From NCBI GenBank assembly GCA_963846575.1, contig CAWJWJ010000002.1, forward strand, positions 2,592,001-2,656,000: DNA of 64,000 nt, in the 5' to 3' direction. Of the stretch, positions 39,976 to 47,516 are shown piece by piece. Source of the stretch: an uncultured Nitrospiraceae bacterium. Lineage in GTDB: Bacteria > Nitrospirota > Nitrospiria > Nitrospirales > Nitrospiraceae. The notes under the pieces are model-generated. The model did not search any database. It was not told the DNA's origin and saw only the letters and a program-made list of their open reading frames with translations. The first letter of the stretch is position 1, and every line of letters begins with the position of its first letter. The position numbers and the translations under genes were made by a program.

Positions 39976-40789
39976 CGGCAAACGCCTTCCGTGTCTTCTG
40001 AAACCATAGCAACCCGCACCAGGCAACCAGATAGCTGCAGACGCAGTACAGGCCTATGCCGGCCCACAAGGGGGCCTTTCCTCGAATGAGCAGATCCTGC
40101 GATTGCGTGATGAGAAACGTCAGCGGATTCGCATAGAGCAGCACTCGATAGGCCTCCGGAAACGCCGTGGCGGGGTAGAAGACCGGCGAGAGAAACAACA
40201 TGACCGCGGTAAGCGGTCCGACCGCCTGTCCGATATCCCGCACAAACACCCCGGCCGAAGCAAGAAACCAGGAGATTCCCATGGTTATTAAGGCCAGCGG
40301 CAGCAGCAACAGCGGCAGTAACAGCATCGTCCAGTGCAGCGCGTGATGTATCACGCCGTAGGCCGCAATCAACACCAGCGCACTGATCGTGGCGTGAAAC
40401 AGCGCCGCCCCAAGCGAGGTCCAAGCCAGAATTTCCAAGGGAAAGACGATCTTCTTCACGTAACTGTTATGGTTGTGGATCAGCTGAGGCGCGCGATGAA
40501 CGCTCTCCGAGAATAGGCCATGCACGATCAGACCGGAGAACAGCAGGAGGCCGAAATCAAGGGCGCTTTCTCCCTCTCCTCCCCACCGCATGCCCAAAGC
40601 CCCCCTGAACACAATCGTGTACACGGTTAGCATGACCATGGGATGCAGAAAAGCCCACAGAACCCCAAGCACCGACCCCCGATACCGGAGGATGATCTCC
40701 CGCCTGGTCAGTTGCCGAATCAAATTCCAGTGCGACGAGATACTCGTGAGCACCATGAGCGGCGAGAAATCATTTCGCTGTGTCCCCAT
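39965..40789 (-). CDS. wzm: Polysaccharide ABC exporter permease
   Basis: RYRGSVLGVLW, YVKKIVFP, RDIG, SPVFYP, NPL and FADVL motifs; overlaps the wzt start. Confidence 0.92.
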   Translation of the reverse strand: MGTQRNDFSPLMVLTSISSHWNLIRQLTRREIILRYRGSVLGVLWAFLHPMVMLTVYTIVFRGALGMRWGGEGESALDFGLLLFSGLIVHGLFSESVHRAPQLIHNHNSYVKKIVFPLEILAWTSLGAALFHATISALVLIAAYGVIHHALHWTMLLLPLLLLPLALITMGISWFLASAGVFVRDIGQAVGPLTAVMLFLSPVFYPATAFPEAYRVLLYANPLTFLITQSQDLLIRGKAPLWAGIGLYCVCSYLVAWCGLLWFQKTRKAFADVL

Positions 40790-40892
40790 TTCGTCGTCCT
40801 TCGCTCTCCAATACCTGCAGCCACCCTTGGCTCGATACGAGTAGGATTCGATCGCTGAACTCTCCGGAGCCCTCTGCGGAACCGAGCTGGGC

Positions 40893-41657
40893 CTAGAAGT
40901 CCCGCTGTTGAAATACCAGACAGGCGCCGCTGAGGAGGACTCCGGCATACAACAATCCATACAACGAGGCGAGCATCAGGTGTTCCGGCGCCACCAGAAT
41001 ACCGACGGCGGCCTGCCCCTTAATATTCAGCATCTCCAGATTCGGACAGAGGTAATACAATCCGTTCACCACCGCCTTCACAAGGGCGCTCTCGTTATTC
41101 GCCACCATTCCTCTCAGATCCGCCGTCAGGTGCCCGATGACGTACAACCCCAAGGTGAAAATCGCACTGAGCGTCGTGGAGCTGAAAGTCGAAAAAAAGA
41201 GCGCAATCGCAGTGATCACGAGAACCTCGACAAAAATCAGCTGCACGGCTTGAAAGAGCGCGGGTTCGACTGGCACGTGGTACAGCCAGAGCGTGACGAG
41301 CAACACGCCCAGCATCACGGCCAGATTCACGAAGAGCGTCAGGACCAATCCCAGATACTTTCCCAGTATGAAGAAGGTCCGGCTGATGGGCCGGGCCATG
41401 ATGGTATAAATCGTGCGCCGCTCGATCTCCTTGTTGACCAAGCTAATGCCGACGAATATCGCAATAATGACACCGATCAGATTGATCGCCGCCAACCCCA
41501 TATCGACAATGACCTTGTGGTGCTCGGTAATCGTGAGGTCCGCCAGTAGCACCGAAAGTCCGATGAGCAATCCTGCAAACAACACCAGATTGTAGAGAAT
41601 CTTATCTCGAAGACTTTCACGGAACGCATTCAACGCGATAACCCCGATCGCACCCAT
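40893..41657 (-). CDS. ABC-2 type permease, PilI/Xap-like
   Basis: IALNAFRESLRDK, EIERRTIY..ARPISR..LGKY and FQQRDF motifs; pilin-locus context. Confidence 0.8.
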   Translation of the reverse strand: MGAIGVIALNAFRESLRDKILYNLVLFAGLLIGLSVLLADLTITEHHKVIVDMGLAAINLIGVIIAIFVGISLVNKEIERRTIYTIMARPISRTFFILGKYLGLVLTLFVNLAVMLGVLLVTLWLYHVPVEPALFQAVQLIFVEVLVITAIALFFSTFSSTTLSAIFTLGLYVIGHLTADLRGMVANNESALVKAVVNGLYYLCPNLEMLNIKGQAAVGILVAPEHLMLASLYGLLYAGVLLSGACLVFQQRDF

Positions 41658-41658
41658 G

Positions 41659-42630
41659 TCAGAATGCCCTCCCACCGGTTACCTGCACCGCCGCCCGTGA
41701 GGCCTCCTGTGCGGCCTCCTTAAAAAACAGGTCTTCGAGCGAGACTTTGTGCGGAGTCACTGACAGGAGCCGCCCTCCTTGCCGTCGGACCTCCCCCACA
41801 ATCGCGTCCACCGCATCGGGACTGGGCAAGACGATCAGACATTGCTGGCCCTGCTGCAACACGCGGGTCGCCAGTGAGTGAATAAACGCATTGCCCTCGG
41901 CCTTGATGTGCTGACACACGATTTCCACCGACTGGGTATGATCTTGCCGAACCAGTTCGTCGACCCGCCCGCTAGCGACCAGACGCCCCTTCATGACGAT
42001 GCCGACACGATCACAGATCATCTCGACATCATGCAGAATATGGGTACTGAAAAAGACTGTTTTGCCTCGATCACGCAGGCTCAGGATCAGGTCCCGCACC
42101 TGTTTTCTTCCCATAGGATCCAACCCGGTCATGGGCTCATCAAGAATGACCAGTTCCGGGTCGTGGATGAGAGCCTGGGCGAGTCCGATCCGCTGCAACA
42201 TGCCTTTCGAAAATTTTCGCAATTGGCGCGTGCGCGCGTCGGTGAGCCCGACGAGCTGCAACAGGTCGGCGATCCGTTGAGCAATAACCCCGCGGCTCAA
42301 CCCGGCCAATTCCCCATAGAAACCAAGAAATTCTTCGGCGGTGAGGTAGTCATAGAAGTACGGCGACTCGGGCAGGAATCCGATTCGCCGGCGAGCCTCA
42401 ACCTCACCCGCAGGTTGTCCCAATAAGAATGCTTTGCCGCTGGTCGCGCGAACGAGCCCCAGAAGGATTTTCAGGGTGGTGGTCTTCCCGGCACCATTAG
42501 GTCCAAGAAAGCCGAAAATTTCCCCTCGTCCGACCGTCAGGCAAAGCCCATCCAATGCAACAAATGGTGGCCGACCAGGCCAACCTGAAGCGTACGATTT
42601 GGTCAGATCTTCCGTGACAATATGATCCAC
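41659..42630 (-). CDS. ABC transporter ATP-binding protein, PilH/Xap-like
   Basis: GPNGAGKTT, GFLPESPYFYDYL, FSKGMLQR and DEPMTGLDP motifs. Confidence 0.88.
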   Translation of the reverse strand: MDHIVTEDLTKSYASGWPGRPPFVALDGLCLTVGRGEIFGFLGPNGAGKTTTLKILLGLVRATSGKAFLLGQPAGEVEARRRIGFLPESPYFYDYLTAEEFLGFYGELAGLSRGVIAQRIADLLQLVGLTDARTRQLRKFSKGMLQRIGLAQALIHDPELVILDEPMTGLDPMGRKQVRDLILSLRDRGKTVFFSTHILHDVEMICDRVGIVMKGRLVASGRVDELVRQDHTQSVEIVCQHIKAEGNAFIHSLATRVLQQGQQCLIVLPSPDAVDAIVGEVRRQGGRLLSVTPHKVSLEDLFFKEAAQEASRAAVQVTGGRAF

Positions 42631-42645
42631 GACACCCCTCCAGCT

Positions 42646-43611
42646 TCACTGCGAAACAGGCAACTGCGCCTCGACTGGCTTGGACCAGGTCTGAGGCTTA
42701 CTGGTGGCCACGCCTGTTCGGCAGGCCACCTTTTCATGTATGCGAAGACGTTCGCGATTTGAAGATGCACTGACCGCGCCGGTCAGTATATCGATCTCGT
42801 ATTGCCCGCCCAAGGGATCCTCAGGCAATTGCGTGATAACGCCGTGCAATAGCAGATCGTCCAGTTTGGCCGGGCTTTTCCCGTACCTGCTTCGATAGCT
42901 GCGGATAGCCCCTTCCAAAAAAAGAATGTCTTTCTCCTGAACAACCTGCGTCATCCGTCGTCCAAGGGCTTCACGCACTCGCTCATCGCTCACACCACGG
43001 GAGAAGCGATCCAGAAACTCAAATGCCGCCGCGGGATCGCCGCTCTCGACCGTCATGCGGGCCGCTAACTGGGGGAGATAGGCCGGGGCCCCTGGGATCT
43101 GCGCGGCCATCCTGAGATATTCTCCTCCTGCGACGGGATTGCAGAGTTCATAGTAGGAGATATAGCCGGCCAAAAACGGCAGTTGCCAATTCGATGGGTT
43201 ATGGCGAATGCCCTTGCTCAGGATGGCGAGTCCTTCCTCCTGTCGACCGACCAGAACTCCGAGGAAAAGGCCCGTCGCTTGATAGGGAGGAACAAAGGTG
43301 GGATCCAGGTCGGTCAGGACATCAACCGCATGGTAGGTCCAGGTATACCCATGTTGAGTATCGCGCTTCGCTCCAATGTGCTGGACCGCCTGCAGCCAGA
43401 TCAAATCGGCGACCACTTGTCGATACCCCAGGACCGCAATCCTCAGATATTCACCCTTGGGCAAATATGCCAACTGTTCAGCCCGCGCGACGGCAGTCGG
43501 CTCGTGGTCCAGGCTATAGACCAGTCCTGACGCGCCTGCTAACAAGGTCAATCCGCACAGGGCATGGCCCACTGCTCTCTTCACTCCCGATATGGATCCA
43601 ACGAGCTTCAC
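42646..43611 (-). CDS. Membrane-anchored helical protein, PilG/Xap-like
   Basis: N-terminal TM; LGY..VADLIWL..VQ, TDLDP.F and P.NWQLPF..G segments; precedes the ABC pair as in deltaproteobacterial pilGHI/xap loci. Confidence 0.6.
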   Translation of the reverse strand: MKLVGSISGVKRAVGHALCGLTLLAGASGLVYSLDHEPTAVARAEQLAYLPKGEYLRIAVLGYRQVVADLIWLQAVQHIGAKRDTQHGYTWTYHAVDVLTDLDPTFVPPYQATGLFLGVLVGRQEEGLAILSKGIRHNPSNWQLPFLAGYISYYELCNPVAGGEYLRMAAQIPGAPAYLPQLAARMTVESGDPAAAFEFLDRFSRGVSDERVREALGRRMTQVVQEKDILFLEGAIRSYRSRYGKSPAKLDDLLLHGVITQLPEDPLGGQYEIDILTGAVSASSNRERLRIHEKVACRTGVATSKPQTWSKPVEAQLPVSQ

Positions 43612-45605
43612 CCCGCGCCTCCCTGTGCTCCGACGGCGGCACGAAGGGCGGAGACATCGACGTTCAGAAATGCTTTATCCAAAGTATTCTTACTCCACCG
43701 CTGGTAACGCGCTTGACGAGTCTCGATTTCGAGAAGTTGAGTTCTGGCGTCCTCGATAAGCCCCTGATCGACCCACAGACTGACCAGCAGAGCTCGGGCC
43801 GGCAGATAATTCGGTTCTAAGCGCTCCGCCTCCTTCGCGCGACGTTCGGCCTCGCTCCGCTCACCGAGCAACCAGTACAGCCGTGCCTGTTCGTATCGAT
43901 GCGGCGCGGAAAATGGCGCCAGGTTGATGGCTCGCTCATAGACCCTGACGGCGGCACGTACCCATACTGCCTGCTGGTCATTGAGGAGTGGAGGGGCGGA
44001 AGGAACCTGTGCCGCGGAAACATAGAGCTGCGCGAGTAGACCTAACAATCGGCTATCGAGAGGATTGATCTCAATCGCTGCTTTGAGTTCTTCATGCGCA
44101 CGCTGGAACGTCTGCTTGTCCCGTGTCGACTCAAAGACCCTCGCATAGACTGAGCCGAGGCCGTGGTGATACAGGGCCTTGCCCGGATCGAACCCGATGG
44201 CCTGCTTCAATCCGTTGATGGCAGCCACCGTCTGCCCTGCCATGGCCTGCCTCGAGGCCGACTCGAACGTCATCCAGGCAATCCCTGACCGGATAACTTC
44301 GAACACGACAACAAGCAGGAGGCAGGACGCAATCATTCCCCACACGAAGCGTGGCCGGATCGATATCGGCCAAGAGTCTTCGCTCTGGTTCCGGACCAGA
44401 CGCCCGGCCGAGACAATTAACCCGCCGCAGAGCATCAGCAAAATCGCCAAGGCCGATTCCCGCAGACTTGAATCAAGGCCCGCATGGACCAACAGCGCCA
44501 CCCCGCCGCCACCGATCCCGACAATAAGGCTTCTCTGCCAGCCCAGAAGCCTCGAGCAAAGCACTTGAGTCAGTTCGCGGCCAATGATAAAGACTGCGAA
44601 CGCGAATATAAGTATCGCGCCAGGCCCCATCTCGACCCCCATTTGAAGGTAGTCGTTGTGGGCCGTCTGGGCGACTTTTCCATAGCGGGCAATCTCCCCT
44701 TCCACCGGAAAAGCATATCGGGGATAGGTGTATTGATAGAGGCCGAGGCCAACTCCAAGTGGATGATCGATCATCTGGGTGAGCGCGCCCTGCCACATCT
44801 GCCAACGAGCGTAGGCCACTGGATTCTGTTGATGCTCAACCCACACCCGCTCACGCATCGGCGTGGGAACAAGCAGCAAAATGAGCAACAGCACTACCGC
44901 ACTCGTGGCGGCCAGTTTCCATCCGTATCGGATCGTCAGAATGAAGACCGTAATCACAAAGAAGCCGAGGAGACCCCCGCGAGACTGAGTCAGCACCAAT
45001 GCCAGCAACACGCCGCTTAAGGCCAACACTTGACCGGTCCACCACAGGATGCGCGGCATCGAGGTACTTGAGAACAACGATCCACGTCGATATCCATACA
45101 GCACACAGCTCAGAAGGATCGCCCAGGTCACCGTCAGGTATCCGGCCAGAAAGTTCGGATTGAAGAAGGTACCGCTGGGCCTCACCACGTTCGACGCCAA
45201 TCCTTGCACCAGCGCCCAGCCGGCTTCGGCGAGGCCCATCAAAACAATTACCGCCGCCAATGTACGAATATGCTCCCACCGGTCGACAAAAGAGACAAGC
45301 AAATAGAAGAAGGTGATGTATACCGCAATCATCAGTAGCCATTGCCGGCCCGGATGAGGATATGGGGAGAATACCGTTGCCACGACAGCAAGTCCTACGA
45401 ATGACAGCGTGGCATACCCGGCCGGGATCGCTGGAATGACGAGACGTCCTGCGCGAATGCCCCTGGCAAGAAATACTCCCAACCATGCGACTACCAAGAG
45501 GCGAATTACCATCTGCGCAGGGTGAGTCGTGCCACCCTCTTGCAGGGGTGAGAAGATGATCAGGGCACTGGTGATGATCAGTGCAATGAATGGGGGAAGT
45601 TTCAT
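43608..45605 (-). CDS. O-antigen ligase family (Wzy_C) protein with C-terminal TPRs; candidate pilin oligosaccharyltransferase
   Basis: Many TM helices; RPSGTFFNPNFLAGY, LTQSRGG, R..MW, HPLGVGLG and AHNDYLQ..E motifs; TPR-like tail. Start chosen at 45605 (the ORF opens at 45677). Confidence 0.85.
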   Translation of the reverse strand: MKLPPFIALIITSALIIFSPLQEGGTTHPAQMVIRLLVVAWLGVFLARGIRAGRLVIPAIPAGYATLSFVGLAVVATVFSPYPHPGRQWLLMIAVYITFFYLLVSFVDRWEHIRTLAAVIVLMGLAEAGWALVQGLASNVVRPSGTFFNPNFLAGYLTVTWAILLSCVLYGYRRGSLFSSTSMPRILWWTGQVLALSGVLLALVLTQSRGGLLGFFVITVFILTIRYGWKLAATSAVVLLLILLLVPTPMRERVWVEHQQNPVAYARWQMWQGALTQMIDHPLGVGLGLYQYTYPRYAFPVEGEIARYGKVAQTAHNDYLQMGVEMGPGAILIFAFAVFIIGRELTQVLCSRLLGWQRSLIVGIGGGGVALLVHAGLDSSLRESALAILLMLCGGLIVSAGRLVRNQSEDSWPISIRPRFVWGMIASCLLLVVVFEVIRSGIAWMTFESASRQAMAGQTVAAINGLKQAIGFDPGKALYHHGLGSVYARVFESTRDKQTFQRAHEELKAAIEINPLDSRLLGLLAQLYVSAAQVPSAPPLLNDQQAVWVRAAVRVYERAINLAPFSAPHRYEQARLYWLLGERSEAERRAKEAERLEPNYLPARALLVSLWVDQGLIEDARTQLLEIETRQARYQRWSKNTLDKAFLNVDVSALRAAVGAQGGAG

Positions 45606-45771
45606 ACAGGTGCTTGGGTAGAAATGGATCGATTTCAGCGATATCAGATGATTTATCATTGAGCTGCGAATCGACAAAGTGAAAATGAATAGTGCGGCGT
45701 GACGGGCGGCCTATGGGAGCGCATAGTCTCGGTGCATTCCAGGAGCATTCACCTCGCGGTTTCCTGAAATG

Positions 45772-45802
45772 AAAACGGGGGAGGAACCTGGTTCCTCCCC
45801 CG
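45772..45802 (-). terminator. Rho-independent terminator downstream of pilA
   Basis: Minus strand reads cgggggaggaac-cag-gttcctcccccg then ttttcattt; it begins about 25 nt after the pilA stop. Confidence 0.85.
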
Positions 45803-45827
45803 CACCGAGAACTGCAGCGACTGATCT

Positions 45828-46349
45828 TTAGCTGATCACGTCGTCAGGAACCGCCTGAGTCAGGCCGCCCTTGACGTCATTGACCGACCAGCCGTCGATG
45901 GTGGGATCGTTGTCAATGCTAGCTACTGCGGATGCCGTGAAGCCCACGGTACCGGCGGCTGAGCTGGCATTCGAAGGCACCGCTGGAGCTGAGTCAACTT
46001 GCACCGTGCAAGCCACGGGAGCGCCGCAGGGAATCTGATCGACGCCGATCGAGTTTGCCGAAGCACCGTTGCCGAGAACAGCCGGGCTACGATAGGTATA
46101 GCGGTTGGTGGTTCCGGCCAAGGCGTACCCGATTTCAGAGAAGCTGCCGTACCGGGATTGTTCACTGAGATAGGCTGTCTCTGCCACGAAGATCGCCCCG
46201 AGGTTCGTCTTGGCTTCCGACTGCCGTGATTTCGCCTGGTACCGCAAGAAGTTGGGAATGGCGATCGCCGCCAGTATCCCGATGATCGCCACGACGATCA
46301 TCAACTCAATCAAGGTAAAACCCTTTTGACCTTTAACTTGCTTCAACAT
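45828..46349 (-). CDS. pilA: Type IVa major pilin
   Basis: Prepilin site [35 protein letters not shown]; own sigma54 promoter and terminator. Confidence 0.93.
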   Translation of the reverse strand: MLKQVKGQKGFTLIELMIVVAIIGILAAIAIPNFLRYQAKSRQSEAKTNLGAIFVAETAYLSEQSRYGSFSEIGYALAGTTNRYTYRSPAVLGNGASANSIGVDQIPCGAPVACTVQVDSAPAVPSNASSAAGTVGFTASAVASIDNDPTIDGWSVNDVKGGLTQAVPDDVIS

Positions 46350-46450
46350 GGACTCCCTCCCTTTTCTATTGTAGTACTTCCACCGACCCTGACATTTCGC
46401 CCCTTGCTGTTTTCCAACCCTGCTTTGTGCGCCTTGTAGATCTCGTGTGA

Positions 46451-46467
46451 AGCAGATTCTATGCCAA
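46451..46467 (-). promoter_or_regulatory. Sigma54 (-24/-12) promoter of pilA
   Basis: Minus strand TTGGCATAGAATCTGCT has exact GG-N10-GC spacing, about 100 bp upstream of the start codon. Confidence 0.75.
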
Positions 46468-46580
46468 CGCCTCCTTCCTCTTATTCTTTGTCTTTCTCAT
46501 GGTTTCCCAATCGGTTGTGTTCATCGGGCCAACAGTTCTAATCCACTCTGGTTTGTCAGATTCCTTTTTTCGGTCCTCAG

Positions 46581-46596
46581 CTGACAAGTTTTGACA
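46581..46596. promoter_or_regulatory. Candidate enhancer-binding-protein (PilR-type) site
   Basis: Minus strand TGTCAAAACTTGTCAG carries a repeated TGTCA, 115-130 bp upstream of the sigma54 site. A related 16-mer lies at 47353-47368. Confidence 0.4.
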
Positions 46597-46610
46597 TCGC
46601 CCCCTACGGA

Positions 46611-47138
46611 TCAGTCTGTCACATCATTAGGCTCTGCCGATCCCAAGCCTTGCTTTGCATCGTTCACGTACCACCCGTCATGCGTAGAATCTCGGTCAAG
46701 ATCGGCAGCGGCCGTCGCCGTGAACCCAACCATCGATGTGATGGCAGTGCCCGCAAGCCCCGTGAAGGCCATGGGCCCCACCGCTGGAACCGAACTTTGA
46801 ATCGTGTCACAGCTACCGGAAACCCCGCAGAGATTGCCTCCATTTGGCCCTAGCCCGGCCACTTCCCCCAATCCTGTCCGATAGGTGTACCGGTTTGTCG
46901 CGGACCCGGCCAAGGCAAACCCAATATCCGAGAAGTTCCCGTAGTACCTGTGCTCAGTAAAATGCGACACCTCACCCACGAAGATAGCGGCCAAGTTCGA
47001 TCGCGCCTCCGCTTGCATGGCATGCGCTCGCGATCGCATAAAATTCGGTATTCCTACGGCAGCGAGGATGCCCACAATGACCACCACAACCATTAGCTCA
47101 ATCAGTGTGAACCCTGTTTGTCTCGATACCGTCACCAT
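46611..47138 (-). CDS. Second type IVa pilin, paralogue of pilA
   Basis: [27 protein letters not shown]; shares EA..NL.AIFV, IG(F/Y)ALAG, NRYTYR, GFTA and DGW.VND.K with PilA. Confidence 0.9.
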   Translation of the reverse strand: MVTVSRQTGFTLIELMVVVVIVGILAAVGIPNFMRSRAHAMQAEARSNLAAIFVGEVSHFTEHRYYGNFSDIGFALAGSATNRYTYRTGLGEVAGLGPNGGNLCGVSGSCDTIQSSVPAVGPMAFTGLAGTAITSMVGFTATAAADLDRDSTHDGWYVNDAKQGLGSAEPNDVTD

Positions 47139-47216
47139 CGGACGTAATCACAGTCTCTCCGGAAATTTTCATCCACCCTTTCGCAAGCACGGCAGATGTC
47201 GGACAGGGTTTGGATT

Positions 47217-47233
47217 AGCAGGCCTCGTGCCAA
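47217..47233 (-). promoter_or_regulatory. Sigma54 (-24/-12) promoter of the second pilin
   Basis: Minus strand TTGGCACGAGGCCTGCT has the consensus TGGCACG and GG-N10-GC spacing, about 80 bp upstream of the start codon. Confidence 0.78.
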
Positions 47234-47352
47234 ATCTGAGTGACCTTGAGAAATTAGCCACAAGCTCCCAACAGTATTGATGTTTATGGGATTGTATTCC
47301 TGCCGGAGACGAAAGGAGGGTGATCGGAAGCGGTGGCGCCATCCTCAGAAAG

Positions 47353-47368
47353 TGCCAAAAATTGGCGG
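47353..47368. promoter_or_regulatory. Candidate enhancer-binding-protein site upstream of the second pilin
   Basis: TGCCAAAAATTGGCGG is 12/16 identical to the reverse complement of 46581-46596 and lies at a similar distance from its sigma54 site. Confidence 0.35.
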
Positions 47369-47516
47369 AATCGAACAGCGGCCGATCAATCAAATGTGGC
47401 CTCAGCGTCGCCGAGAGCCACGAACCAAGAAAGTTACAGATGGAGGGTGGTGTAGAAGAAACCGAAGTGGGCTGATCGGCACGGTCGTCGCCGACTGGAT
47501 GGAATTCCGGAGGGAA

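Noticed and set aside
45828..46349. PilA as an electrically conductive e-pilin (aromatics at mature positions 1, 24, 27, 50 and 57)
   Set aside because: By my count only 12 of 163 mature residues are F/W/Y (about 7%), and there is a 50-residue aromatic-free gap after Y76, which does not fit proposed e-pilin criteria.
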